A stretch of DNA of 64,000 nucleotides from Mustelus asterias (Eukaryota): contig NW_027590205.1 of NCBI RefSeq assembly GCF_964213995.1, positions 496,001 to 560,000 of the forward strand, written 5' to 3'. The notes under the pieces were generated by a model, which ran no database searches, was not told where the DNA came from, and saw nothing but the letters and a program-made list of their open reading frames with translations. Positions within the stretch are counted from its first letter, which is position 1, and the number at the start of each line of letters is the position of its first letter. Below are positions 36,709-50,260 of the stretch, piece after piece. Made by a program: the position numbers and the translations under genes.

Positions 36709-37551
36709 TCACTTGTGAACTCGCCGGTGTCTTAGCAGGTGAGACGACCGTTTAAATCTATTCCCACAGTCAGAGCAGCTGAACGGTCTCTCCCCAGTGT
36801 GAACTCGCTGGTGTGTGAGCAGATTGGAGATCTGAGTGAATCCCTTCCCACAGTCAGAGCAAGTGAATGGCCTCTCCCCAGTATGAACTCGCTGGTGTGC
36901 CAACAGGGTGGACGAGTGACTGAAACCCTTCCCGCACACAGAGCAGGTGAAGGGTGTCTCCCCAGTGTGAACTCGCTGGTGTGTTAGCAGTTGGGATGAT
37001 GTTCTAAATCTCTTCACGCAGTAAGAGCAGCTGAACGGTCTGTCCTCAGTGTGAATGCGCTGGTGGCCCATCAGGGTCTGAGAGCTTTTGAAGCTGCGCC
37101 CACAATCAGAGCATTTAAACAGTCTCTCATTCGTGTGAGTGACACGGTGTGTCTGCAGGGTGGATGAATGACTGAATCTCTTCCCACACACACAGCAAGG
37201 GAACGGCCTCTCTCCAGAGTGAACTCGCTGGTGCCTCCACAGGGTGGAACGATCGCTGAATCCTTTCCCACAGTCTGAGCAGGCGAAAGGCCTCTCCCCG
37301 GTGTGAACTCGCTGGTGTGACAGCAGGCTGGATAACTGAGTGAATCCTTTCTCACACACAGAGCAGGTGAACGGCCTCTCCCCAGAATGAACTCGCTGGT
37401 GTCTCAGCAGGGTGGTTGATATACTGAATCCCTTCCCACACACGGAGCAGGTGAACGGCCTCTCCCCAGTACGAACTCGTTGATGTGTGTCTAGTGCAGA
37501 TGGGCACTGGAATCCCTTCCCACAGTCCCCACACTCCCATGGTCTCTCCAT
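36709..37551 (-). CDS. C2H2 zinc-finger protein, 10 fingers (first lacks its last His)
   Basis: Open frame to 37593 with ATG at 37551 ([12 protein letters not shown]). Confidence 0.88.
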   Translation of the reverse strand: MERPWECGDCGKGFQCPSALDTHQRVRTGERPFTCSVCGKGFSISTTLLRHQRVHSGERPFTCSVCEKGFTQLSSLLSHQRVHTGERPFACSDCGKGFSDRSTLWRHQRVHSGERPFPCCVCGKRFSHSSTLQTHRVTHTNERLFKCSDCGRSFKSSQTLMGHQRIHTEDRPFSCSYCVKRFRTSSQLLTHQRVHTGETPFTCSVCGKGFSHSSTLLAHQRVHTGERPFTCSDCGKGFTQISNLLTHQRVHTGERPFSCSDCGNRFKRSSHLLRHRRVHK

Positions 37552-38439
37552 GGTGCCAGTGTCCTTTTGATAATCAGTTGATTCCACATCCAAGTACAGA
37601 ACACATGTACAGTTTCTCCTCGCTGTGAATGGGGTGACGTTTTTCAGGCTGTGTTACTGGTTGAAGCTCTTTCCACAGTCAGTTCACTGGAACACTCTCA
37701 CTCAGGTGTGAGGGGTCTCCATTCTTGTCCAGTCACACTGATGTTTGAAATCTTTTCCCACAGACAGAACAAACAAACATTTCTTCTCATACATTCAAAC
37801 GGCAATTATATTCAGGTCCTGATGAATCCAGTGACTTTGTAACATCTTGTTGTGATGTTTGGTGTGAGATTTCAGTCTGTAAATTCTCTCCTTCTAATAT
37901 CCTGTTTATAGAAGTTATCAGTGTAAGTATAGGACTGAAATTCAAAACAGACAATTCTCGTTTCCATGGAATATTCTTTGCTTTCTCATTCCCCAAAGTT
38001 GTAAATCTCCATCCCACACACTCTCCCTCCAATCTCACTCTGCTGTACCTAATACACACCCTCCCAATTCTCCTGAAGGTGCTGATTCAGGCTGATTGAC
38101 AGACCCATGCTCCTGTCCAGTACAAAGAGACCTGAAAATCTTCATGCAGGCTGCTAGCCAATTCCACATTACTAAACATATTATTTGATCAGCAATAGAA
38201 AGGAGATGTGAGGAACAATTTTATTCACGAGTGGTCACGACCTGACCTCACTGCTTCTGTGCATGGTGGAATCAGAAATAATCAATGATTTGAAAAATAA
38301 ATCAGATAGGTGTGAAGGAATTAAAAAGGGAACAGAGTTATGGAGGGGAAATGGGACTGAGTGGATTGATGTACAGAGAGTCAGCATGGACTTCTTCCAA
38401 CTATCACTGGAATATATACAAAATTTCAGGCAATGTAGT

Positions 38440-39525
38440 GGAAGACATGCCCTGTCTACATCAACGGTGACAAAGTGGAAATGGTTGAGAGCTCAAGTTT
38501 CTAGGTGTTCAGATCACAACAACCTGTCCTGGTCCCTCCATGCTGCTGCTTTAGTTCAGAAAGCCCACCAACTCCTCGACTTTCTCAGGAGGCTAAGGAA
38601 ATTCGACATGTCGACACGTCAGCTACGACTCTCACCAATTTTTACAGGGACACCACAGAAAGCATCCCATCCAGTTGTATCACAGCTTGGTATTGCTGCT
38701 GCTCTGACCAAGAGCACAAGAAACTACAAGGGGTGTGAATGTGGCCCAGTCCATCACGCAAATCAGCCTCTTATCCATTGACACTGTCTACATTTCCTAT
38801 TGCCTCAGAAAAGCAGCCAGCATAATCAAGGACCCCACTTATCCTGGAAATTCTCTTTTCTATCTTCTTCCGTCGGGAAAAAGAGACAAAAGTCTGAGGT
38901 CACAAACCAACCGACTCAAGAACAGCTTCTTCCCTGCTGCTGCCATCGGACTTTTACAAACAAAGAACAAAGAAAATTACAGCACAGAAACAGGCCCTTC
39001 GACCTTTCAAGCCTGCACCGACCATGCTGCCCGACTGAACTAAAACCCCCTACCCTTCCGGGGACCATATCCCTCCATTCCCATCCTATTCATGTATTTG
39101 TCAAGATGCCCCTTAAAAGTCACTCTCGTATCTGCTTCCACTATCTCCCCCGGCAGCAAGTTCCAGGCACCCACCACCCTCTGTGTAAAAAACTTGCCTC
39201 TCCTTTAAACCTTGCCCCTCACACCTTAAACCTGTGCCCCCCAGTAATTGACTCTTCCATCCTGGGAAAAAGCTTCTGACTATCCACTCTGTCCATGCCC
39301 CTCAATAATCTTGCAAACTTCTGTCAGGTTCGTTGAATGAACCTACCTCATATTAAGCTGATCTTTCTCTTCACCCTTTCTGTAACTGTAACACTATATT
39401 CTGCACTCTCTCCTTTCCTACTCCCCTATGTACTCTATGAACAGTATGCTTTGTCTGTATACCGCGCAAGAAACAATACTTTTCACTGTATCCCAATACA
39501 TGTGACAATAATAAATCAAATCAAA
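38440..39525 (+). mobile_element. Rex1/Babar 3' fragment with a nested CR1 tail (~38960-39330, minus)
   Basis: LVQKAHQLLDFLRRLRKF and TNRLKNSFFP; tail ATAAATCAAATCAAA. Confidence 0.78.
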
Positions 39526-39559
39526 CCCATTGCTGCATTTCCTTCCTGAAGCCACATTT

Positions 39560-40230
39560 GTCCAGTGGGGCCTGGCCCCGCGAGAAAGCGCTGCAGCTGC
39601 CGTTGTGTTGGGTGTTGAGGCGGTGCCGCTAGTTCCTTATTGGGGGTGTTGAAGCCTCCACTGGGTGTGTGGAGCCTCCCCTCCCACCCACTGCCCCTAA
39701 CGCTGCCTCCGCTTATCCGCCTCCTCCCCGCCTGGAGATCAGACAAACAAGCGCCTGTCCCTGGACATGAGCCGCACTGCGCATGCTCAACGTCACAATG
39801 CCCGGGGACTGATTGACGGCAGCTCTGGACCAATAGGAAAAAGGGGCGGGGCTGGAGGACCGAGCGGGAGTGGCTGGTCCTACAACCAGCGTGAATAGGG
39901 GGAAGGGTCTGAAGCATGCGCAGTGCGGGCAATGGCGGCGGACGGACGGTTTTAACTCGGATCCGAGATCAGTTCAAGGTAGAGGGCGGCGCGCAGAGAG
40001 CCATGAATGTGGTGGGTGGGTGGAGAGGCTTCGGAAACATGTTGTTCAAACCCAAACCCCGGAAAATAACTTTCCGGGCGCCCTGTTGGTACCAACTTGT
40101 CGTGTTGGGCCTGGGCTGACGGCCGCCAATCTGTTGGTGGCAATGTCTGTCAGTGCGCATGTGCGGCCGGCATCTTTGTAAGGGTCAATGTGCAGCAGGG
40201 TGCAGGTGCAATCGCCATGTTTGTAGGGGG
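39560..40230. promoter_or_regulatory. CpG-rich promoter cassette homologous to 8750-9440
   Basis: CTGCGCATGCTC..CACAATGCCCGGG..GATTGACGGCAGCTCTGGACCAATAGG..GGGGCGGGGCTGGAGGACCGAGCGGGAG is shared with 8817-8930. Confidence 0.75.
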
Positions 40231-40371
40231 CGCAGGAGTGTCTACCTTTGTGATGTTTTGGACCTGAACCCACTGCAGTCCATGTTGTGCAGGTACATCC
40301 ACCCTGCTGATAGGGAGGGAATTCCAGGATTTTGACCCAGTGACTGTGAAGGAATGGTGATATATTTCCAA

Positions 40372-41235
40372 AATGTAGAGATGCCAGCATTGAATTGGGG
40401 TAAACACAGTAAGAAGTCTCACATCACCAGGTCAAAGTCCAACAGGTTTATTTGGTAGCAAAAGCCACACTAGCTTTCAGAGCCCCAAGCCCCTTCATCA
40501 GGTGAGTGGGAGTTCTGTTCACAAACAGGGCACAGAGACACAAACTCAATTTACAAAATAATGGTTAGAATGCGAGTCTTTACAGGTAATCAAGTCTTAA
40601 AGGTACAGACAATGTGAGTGTAGAGAGGGTTAAGCACAGGTAAAAGAGATGTGTATTGTCTCCAGCCAGGACAGTTAGTGAGATTTTGCAAGTCGTGGGG
40701 GTTACAGATAGTGTGACATGAACCCAAGATCCCAGTTGAGGCCGTCCTCGTGTGTGAAAATTGTCTATCAGTCTCTGCTCAGCGACTCTGCGTTGTCGTG
40801 AAGGCCGCCTTGGAGAACACAGAGACTGATAGCCAAGTTCCGCACACATGAGGACGGCCTCAACCAGGATCTTGGGTTCAGATCACAACATCTGTAACTC
40901 CCAAGACTTGCCTGGGCTTGCAAAATCTCACTAACTGTCCTGGCTGGAGACAATACACATCTCTTTAACCTGTGCTTAACCCTCTCTCCACTCACATTGT
41001 CTGTACCTTTAAGACTTGATTACCTGTAAAGACTCGCATTCCAACCATTATTTTGTAAATTGAGTTTGTCTTTATATGCCCTGTTTATGAACTGAAATCC
41101 CATTCACCTGACAAAGGAGCAGCGCTCCGAAAGCTAGTGGCGTTTGCTACCAAATAAACCTGTTGGACTTTAACCTGGTGTTGTGAGATTTCTTACTGTG
41201 TTTACCCCAGTCCAATGCCGGCATCTCCACATCAT
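40372..41235. mobile_element. Inverted pair of Penelope-like 3' ends (~400-bp arms)
   Basis: 40372-40780 is approximately the reverse complement of 40821-41235. Both arms carry the GIY-YIG C-terminus (EQRLI..FRTHEDGLN) and a hammerhead motif (40468-40504 -, 41105-41139 +). Confidence 0.88.
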
Positions 41236-41354
41236 TCTCGGTGTGAACAGGAGGGGATGTGTTTGGAGACAGAATGTCCCAGTTTTCACCCTGACATTCC
41301 CAGTATGAACAAGATCCTTGATCGAATGGGGATGTTTTAAGACATCATTTCATT

Positions 41355-41830
41355 GCCTGGTAACTAACCTCCTTGAGCTCAGCTCATTCTGGGCTGGGAG
41401 TGTTTGATGGGGCAGTGAAGAGGGAGTTTATGAAAACTGTGCCTACTCTCTGGCGCTGTTTGGGAAAGGATGTCCCAATTCTCCATTTTTACAAGGTCAA
41501 AGAGAAGACCAGCTGGATTAAATGGTGTTGCTTTATGACATAATTTAATCGCCTGGTAACTAACCTCCTGGAACCCAGCTCATTATGGGCTGGGAGTGTT
41601 TGGTGGGGCAGTGCAGATGGAGTTTTTCTTATCCAAAGTGTTCCTCCTCTCTGGCACTGTTTGATGTGGCATGTAATGGGAGTTTTCCTTTGTGCCTAGC
41701 TTGGGCAGTGCTTCCCCTGGGAGTTTTTCACAGGATGATTTAGAGAGAACTTTCCTCTGTACCTTAGATGGGTTGTACATACCTTAGGAGTGTTTGATGG
41801 GAAAGTGTAGAGGGAGCCTTGCACTGTCCC
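41355..41830 (+). repeat. Degenerate ~195-bp tandem duplication
   Basis: GCCTGGTAACTAACCTCCT..CAGCTCATT.TGGGCTGGGAGTGTTTG.TGGGGCAGTG at 41355 and 41551; partial third copy at ~41787. Confidence 0.7.
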
Positions 41831-42753
41831 TCGCAAGTGTTGCAATTACCCTGCATGATTTCTACTTCACAACATGTGCATTAAATGTTGATTTGATTTA
41901 TTATCAAATGTATTGGGATACACTGAAAAGTATTGTTTCTTGCACGCTATACAGACAAAGCATACCTTTCATGGAGTACATGGGGAGAAGGAAAGGATAG
42001 GGTCCAGGTACAGGTAGGGTGAAGAGAAGGATCAGCTTAATATATGATAGGACCATTCAAACATGAGTAAGGAAGAAGTTGTTCTTGAGTCGTTTGGTAC
42101 ATGTTTTCAGACTTTTGCATAAATTTACTGAGAAGGTGGTGGTAAGCTGCCTTCCTTCAGTCCATGTGTTGTAGGTACACCCATAGTGCTGTTAGAGAGG
42201 GAATTACAGGATTTTGATCCAGTGACAATGAAGGAACGGTGATGTATTTCCAAGTTAGGAAGGTGTGTGGCTAGGAGGGGAATTTCCAGCAGGTGGTGTT
42301 CCCATGTGTCTGCTGTCCTTGTCCTTCTAGATGATGGTGGTTGTGTGTGTGGGAAGAGATTGACTCAGTCATTCATCAACTTTGTTTGTGGGAATACATT
42401 TGTTGATAACGGATCCACAGCTTTTTGGTATTTTCCTAATCCACCACAAACAAGTTGACTCCTCATAACTTTGCGGTTACTTCTGTTTAGATTTAAGACC
42501 CTTGTTTCAGATTGAGTAACATTGTTTTCAAACTTAGTGTAAAATTCTATTATAAATTTATTATATATTTCGCTCTCAGCCAACCTCACTAAAAACAGAT
42601 CACCTCTGATCAGCATCACATTTCTGTCTGCGCATCGAGGTACCCTGAGGTTGTGAAAGGCACTATATAAATGAAAATTCTTCCAACTGCAGCCCAGTTG
42701 CTGTGGTTATCAGCAACAGCATCAAGACTCCCCTGTTTTATAATGAACAAGTT

Positions 42754-43515
42754 TCACCCCCGAATCTGATTAACAGCGGTAATAGCTGCAGAATCAGAAC
42801 AGTGCAGTTGCTTGTGAACCCGCTGGTGTCTCACAAGGTTGGATGATTGAGTGAATCCCTTCCCACACACTGAGCAGGTGAATGGCCTCTCCCCGGTGTG
42901 AACTTGCTGGTGTCGCAGCAGGATTGATGATTCAGCAAATCCCTTCCCACACACACAGCAGGGGAATGGTCTCTCCCCGGTGTGAACTCGCTTGTGTCTC
43001 AGCAGGGCCGATGACTCAGTGAATCTCTTTTCACACACACAGCAGGTGAACGGTCTCTCCCCAGTGTGAACTCGCTGGTGTGTCAGCAGGTGGGATGACT
43101 GAGTGAATCCCTTTCCGCATTGGGAGCAGGTGAAGGGTTTCTCCCCGGTGTGAACCTGCTGGTGTCGCAACATGTTTGAAAATTGAGTGAATCGCTTTTC
43201 ACACAAGGGGCAGGTGAATGGACTCATTCCAGTGTGACTGCATTGATGAATTTCCTGATCAGAGGGATAACAGAATCCCTTCCCGGTATCCCCACATTGT
43301 CCACATGGACTCTCCCCAGTGTGACCAAATCGATTCGTTTCCTGATCAGAGGGATAATGGTATACATTCCCAGTATTCCCACATTGTCCACACTGACTCT
43401 CCCTGTTTCGGTTACACTTGTGCCTTCCCATATCAGTCGATTGGTTGAATCCAGATCCACATGTGGAACACGTGTACAGTTTGTCTTCGCTGTGACTGCT
43501 GCTCTCCCCTTCCAT
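42754..43515 (-). CDS. C2H2 zinc-finger protein, 5 intact fingers plus 3 degenerate N-terminal fingers
   Basis: Intact 253-aa ORF with ATG at 43515. Confidence 0.82.
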   Translation of the reverse strand: MEGESSSHSEDKLYTCSTCGSGFNQSTDMGRHKCNRNRESQCGQCGNTGNVYHYPSDQETNRFGHTGESPCGQCGDTGKGFCYPSDQEIHQCSHTGMSPFTCPLCEKRFTQFSNMLRHQQVHTGEKPFTCSQCGKGFTQSSHLLTHQRVHTGERPFTCCVCEKRFTESSALLRHKRVHTGERPFPCCVCGKGFAESSILLRHQQVHTGERPFTCSVCGKGFTQSSNLVRHQRVHKQLHCSDSAAITAVNQIRG

Positions 43516-43759
43516 GATTCCAATGATATTCAGTCCTGATGAATCGAGCGACTCGGTGAGATTGATGTGATGCCTGGTCTGAGCTTCCTGTTCATTTCAC
43601 TATTTATATTAGTAATTACTGTAAAGAAAAAAGGACCATTTCAGGGTGGACAGTTTTATAACTTTACATTATTTTTATTCCCCTGAATCCCACTCTCCCT
43701 CCTCTTTATTGAAATGAGCCTCTCTCACAATACTTTTGTCCTGCTCAAATGACAACAGG

Positions 43760-44100
43760 GGCGGCACGGTAGCACAGTGGTTAGCACTGCTGCTTCACAG
43801 CTCCAGGGTCCCGGATTCGATTCCCGGCTCGGGTCACTGTCTGTGTGGAGTTTGCACATTCTCCTCGTATCTGCGTGGGTTTCCTCCGGGTGCTCCGGTT
43901 TCCTCTCACAGTCCAAAGATGTGTGGGTTAGGTTGATTGGCCAGGTTAAAGAAATTGCCCCTTAGAGTCCTGGGATGCATAGGTTAGAGGGATTAGCAGG
44001 TAAAATATGTGGGGGTAGGGCCTGGGTGGGATTGTGGTCGGTGCAGACTCGATGGGCCGAATGGCCTCCTTCTGCACTGTAGGGTTTCTATGATTTCTAG
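43760..44100 (+). mobile_element. HE1-like SINE
   Basis: Full-length consensus. Confidence 0.9.
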
Positions 44101-44254
44101 CACAGAGGGACAGTGTCCCTTTAAATATGCAGATCACCTGCCAGCACCACACCTGCTCAGTTGGCTCAGGCCAATGGGACCAGCACAGTGCCTCCACAGT
44201 GGGCTGCTGGGTAAGGAGCCACAGCAGATGAGGTGGGGTGGGGTCAGGTGACGT

Positions 44255-45145
44255 TACGGGGATTGAAATATCTGGTATTAGTGATGGTGTGGATATGTGG
44301 TCAGAAACTCATCTTGGGGTCAAATCTGACATGGAGATTGTGAAGAGTGTGATTCAGCTTCAGACAGCTCCCAGGGAGAGGGATGGACTTGGCAGTTAGG
44401 GAACAGAATTTGTAACGGTGACTGAAGACAATGACTTTGGTCTTCCCAATTTTTAATTGGAGGAAATTTCTGTTCATCCAGTACTGAATGTGGGATAAGC
44501 AGTTTGATAATTTAGTAACAGTGGAGGAATGGAGAGGGATGGGTAGAGCTGGGTGTTGTCAGTGTAGATGGGAAAACTAACACGGTGCTTTTGGATGATG
44601 TCATTCAGTGGCAGCATGTGGATGAGAACTAGGAGGGGCCAAGGATAGATCCTTGGGGCTCACCGAGTTCAGGGGGTTTGGAGAGGAAAGGGAGATTGGA
44701 GATGGGGCAATAGTTGGCAAAGACTGGGATTGAGTGTTTTTTTCAGGGTGGGTGATTTCAGAGGATTCAAAAGTGAGGGGGACAGTACCAGGGAAAAGAG
44801 AGAACCATTAACAATATCACCAAATGTGGGGAAGTTGGATGATCAGCAATTTAGTGAGAATAGGGTCGATGGAGAACGGGGTGGGTCTCATGGACAAGAT
44901 AAACATGGAGCGGGCACGAGGGGAGATAGGAGAGAAACTGGAGAAAGATGTCTGTTCTGGGCTTGGTCAAGAGGGAACTTTAGACATGGTTTGTCCCAGT
45001 AGGCGAGTGGAAGGGAGGGATACAGCAGCAGCAGCTGATCGAATTATCTCAATCTTAGTAACAAAGAAGCTTCATGAACTCCTCACACTTGTTGAGGTGA
45101 GAATAGAGGAGATGGGCGAGAAAGAGACCTTCAGAAGGAACTAAC
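44255..45145 (-). mobile_element. Old L2-like LINE fragments
   Basis: Minus-strand PQGSILGPLLVLIHMLPLNDII..H....YTDNTQLY remnant at ~44540-44660. Confidence 0.65.
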
Positions 45146-45252
45146 TAATGTTTGAGGTGTTAAAGATTCAACATAATGTGCGAACACAATGTTGACTTAT
45201 TTAACTTTTATCCAGAGTATTAGCCCATGTAACTGGGTTGAAGTTTACCAAC

Positions 45253-45355
45253 TAAGCTTTGACAAAGGGTCATCTGGACTTGAAACGTCAGCTCTTTTCT
45301 CTCTTTAAAGATGCTGCCAGACCTGCTGAGATTTTCCAGCATTTTCTCTTTTGGT
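45253..45355 (+). mobile_element. ~103-bp hammerhead-headed insertion with a 15-bp TSD
   Basis: TTGAAGTTTACCAAC at 45238-45252 and 45356-45370; AGCT-TTGACAA-AGGGTC ATCTG GACTT-GAAA-CG-TC-AGCT at 45255-45293. Confidence 0.8.
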
Positions 45356-45443
45356 TTGAAGTTTACCAACATGAACAGAAACAGACCCCAATGAACATGG
45401 ATCAGTCCTGATCTTATTAACAGTAAAATCTAATCACCTTAGT

Positions 45444-46470
<1,027 letters not shown>

Positions 46471-47669
46471 ATTTTCACGATTCACAAATATTCAGGTTAC
46501 GATAAATTAGGTGACTTCATTTGAATCTGATGGGATGTTTGGTTTGAGTTTTCTGACTGCAAATCCTCCCCTTCTGATACCCCGTGGAATTGATCTCAGA
46601 CAGTAAAATGGGAGCGAGAGAGAACTCACAAAAACAGGTTGTGAAATTGAGGTGAATGAATTTGGTGTTATATGGGGCTGACAGGAGGGAAAGGTGACCA
46701 TGAAAGCTGTTGGATCTTTTGTGAAAAGTGATCAGGTTCAATCAGCTCCTTCAGGGAAGGGAGCCTGCCACTCGGTCTGAGTCTACACATAGATCTGCAC
46801 GAACACAAGCAATAGGAGCAGGAGTAGAACATTTGGCCTGTTGAGCCGGCTCCAGCCATTCAACATGATCATGGCTGGTGTTGGTCTTCAATTCCACTTT
46901 CCCGCCAGCTCCCCATATCTTTCACCTCCACCTCCACCACCCCCCCCCCCCCCCCACCCACCCCGCCCAAGAAACCAAAAATCTCTCCATCCCATCCTTA
47001 AACTTAACCAACGATGGAACATCTACCACCCTGGGCTCGAGAATTCAATGTGACAAGAGAGACAGAAAGAGTAAGAATGAGAGAAGTGGGTGGGAGAGAC
47101 ATGGGCAATGGAGAGGCATTTTATAGACCTAGAACAGAGCCACAATTTGATAGAATCTCCGAAACCCTCAACCTCCACCACCTGGATGGACCAGGGCAGC
47201 AGGAGTATGTGGACACCATCACCTGCAAGCTCCCCTCTGAGCCACGCACCATCCAAATTCGTCTGACATTCTGAGAAGAGTGGACCCATTGCACTCAGTT
47301 CCTCACCAGCAACTCTATCCCTGTCCCTGCCAAATGAATGAGGCTGAACCAGACTATTTTTTTAAAGGTTATGTGCTTACTCGCATCATATCTTGTTCGG
47401 CCATCACCGTAGAGCTTACCAGTCTACAAACACTTCCTTTTAAAAAGCACCAAATTTTAAAATTTCTCATTCCTGTTTACCGACATAGTTGCAATCATCC
47501 AAATTTATGTAATATTTCTCAGCCACTCAGGCTCTTAAGCATTTCCAATTTTAATCACTCTCCCAGTAATGACCTTTTTCATTTGTCCAAGTCACAAGCT
47601 CTGGAATTTCCTCCTAAAGCCGCTCTGATTCTCTACCTCACTCTCCTTCGTTAAGACTACTCAAAACTG

Positions 47670-49105
47670 ATGGCACAGTGGTTAGCACTGCTGTCTCATA
47701 GTGCCAGGGACTCAGGTTCAATTCCAGCCTCTGTGCAGAGTTTGCACATTTCCCCGATGTCTGCATGAGTTTCCTCCGGGTGCTCCAGTTTAAGATAAGA
47801 TAAGATAAGAAATAGGAGCAGGAGTAGGCCATCTAGCCCCTCGAGCCTGCCCCGCCATTCAATAAGATCATGGCTGATCTGACGTGGATCAGTACCACTT
47901 ACCCGCCTGATCCCCATAACCCTTAATTCCCTTACCGATCAGGAATCCATCCATCCGCGCTTTAAACATATTCAGCGAGGTAGCCTCCACCACCTCAGTG
48001 GGCAGAGAATTCCAGAGATTCACCACCCTCTGGGAGAAGAAGTTCCTCCTCAACTCTGTCTTAAACCGACCCCCCTTTATTTTGAGGCTGTGTCCTCTAG
48101 TTTTAACTTCCTTACTAAGTGGAAAGAATCTCTCCGCCTCCACCCTATCCAGCCCCCGCATTATCTTATAAGTCTCCATAAGATCCCCCCTCATGCTTCT
48201 AAACTCCAACGAGTACAAACCCAATCTCCTCAGCCTCTCCTCATAATCCAAACCCCTCATCTCCGGTATCAACCTGGTGAACCTTCTCTGCACTCCCTCC
48301 AATGCCAATATATCCTTCCTCATATAAGGGGACCAATACTGCACACAGTATTCCAGCTGCGGCCTCACCAATGCCCTGTACAGGTGCATCAAGACATCCC
48401 TGCTTTTATATTCTATCCCCCTCGCAATATAGGCCAACATCCCATTTGCCTTCTTGATCACCTGTTGTACCTGCAGACTGGGCTTTTGCGTCTCATGCAC
48501 AAGGACCCCCAGGTCCCTTTGCATGGTAGCATGTTTTAATTTGTTTCCATTGAGATAGTAATCCCATTTGTTATTATTTCCTCCAAAGTGTATAACCTCG
48601 CATTTATCAACCTTATACTCCATTTGCCATATCCTCGCCCACTCACTCAGCCTGTCCAAATCTCTCTGCAGATCTTCTCCGTCCTCCACACGATTCACTT
48701 TTCCACTTATCTTTGTGTCGTCTGCAAACTTCGTTACCCTACACTCCGTCCCCTCCTCCAGATCATCTATATAAATGGTAAATAGTTGCGGCCCGAGTAC
48801 CGATCCCTGCGGGCACGCCACTAGTTACCTTCCTCCAACCGGAAAAACACCCATTTATTCCGACTCTTTGCTTCCTGTCGGATAGCCAGTCCCCAATCCA
48901 CTTTAACACACTACCCCCAACTCCGTGTGCCACTAGTTTCCTCCCTCACTCCAAAGATGTGCAGGTTAGGTTGATTGGCTATGCTGCATTGCCCCTTCAT
49001 GTCAGCAGGGTAAATACGTGGGGTTACGGGGATAGGGTCAGGGTGGGATTGTTGTTGATGCAGTCTCGATGGGCCCAATGGTTTGCACGACAGGGATTCT
49101 GTGAT
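47670..49105 (+). mobile_element. HE1-like SINE split by a CR1 insertion (pieces 47670-47790 and 48933-49105)
   Basis: GTGCTCCAGTTT | insertion | AGTTTCCTCCC..CCAAAGATGTGCAGGTTAGG. Confidence 0.75.
47790..48932 (-). mobile_element. Young 5'-truncated CR1 LINE
   Basis: 310-aa open RT C-terminal ORF 47889-48821 ([14 protein letters not shown]); (TCTTA)n tail. Confidence 0.93.
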
Positions 49106-49309
49106 CTCGTCATTTGGCTCAGTGTCAATTGTTATTTTGTAACATTTCTCCAAATTGCCTTAAAACTTTTATTTTGTTGAAGACACAACATAAATAGAAA
49201 TGATTGTCACTGCCCTGGCCATTTATCATTGTTCTGCCTCAATAATAAGAAACTGGAAGTAGAAGCGTGAAGCAGGTTGATTTCTCTTGGAAAAAATAAT
49301 CAAAATTAT

Positions 49310-49850
49310 TGCCCCCAACAAAGATGGCTATTGCGCATGCGCTCTACCTGTACCCGAATAAAACTGGCGGCTGCGCATGCGCTCTATCTACTGCGAGTGC
49401 CCGGATAAGGATGGCGGCCGCTAACCCAGCTCTGTGAGAAAAGCACTCCAGGGCGGGGGAACGGTCCCCGGGAACCGGTGGGTTATTCTTTCTCATTTGC
49501 AATCTATATAACATGCTTACGAAGCGTATCCAGTCACTGACCTGATCCATCGCTCCCGCCATTCTCTCCTGGACCGATTGCAGATCGGAAAAAAAAACTT
49601 CCCCATTGCCCTTAATCACACTGCGCATGCCTCACTCAGCCTCGCCTCTCATGCATTCCGATTGGTCCTCCAGCCCCGCCCCCTCCTCCTATTGGTCGGA
49701 GCTGCTGTCAATCAGTCCCCGGGCATTGTGAGGTGTCGGGTGAGAGGTCAGGGCCGGGGGATTACAATGAACATTCTCCACTCACTATCCACCGCTTCCG
49801 TTTTCTCCCCACAAACCACCTCCAATAAAGAGAGCAGGGGGGACACACTG
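49310..49850. promoter_or_regulatory. Third copy of the bidirectional promoter cassette, inverted relative to 8750-9440
   Basis: TGCGCATGCGC (49332, 49372), AAGATGGC/GGATGGCGGCCG, ATTGG boxes, CCCCGCCCC and GCTGTCAATCAGTCCCCGGGCATTGTGA; candidate donor GG|GTGAGA at ~49740. Confidence 0.75.
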
Positions 49851-49971
49851 ACCGAGTGACAATGTCGCTGCATTAGTAATCCAGAGAGACAGCACAATGT
49901 TCTGGGGACAGGGCTTCAAATCCATTCAATTAATACAATCTGCAATTTAAAGTTAGATTCAGTGATGGTAA

Positions 49972-50260
49972 TCATAGGATCCCTGCAGTACAGAAGACTA
50001 TTCGGCCCATTGAATCTGCACCGACCTCAATCCCACCCAGGCCCTATTCCTGTAACCCCACACATTTACCCTGCTAATCCCCCCTGACACTAGGCTCAAT
50101 TTAGCACAGCCAGTCAACCTAACCTGCATACCTTTGGACTGTGAGGAAACTGGAGTACCCGGAGGAAATGCACGCAAACATGGGGAGAAAATGCAAACTC
50201 CACACAGACAGTAATCCAAGCCGGGAATTGAACCCGGGTCCCTGATGTTGTGAGGCAAAC
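49972..50260 (-). mobile_element. HE1-like SINE
   Basis: Consensus in reverse orientation. Confidence 0.82.

Noticed and set aside
43760-43835. tRNA-like A/B boxes in many places
   Set aside because: They are heads of HE1-like SINEs and run on into SINE body and tail sequence.
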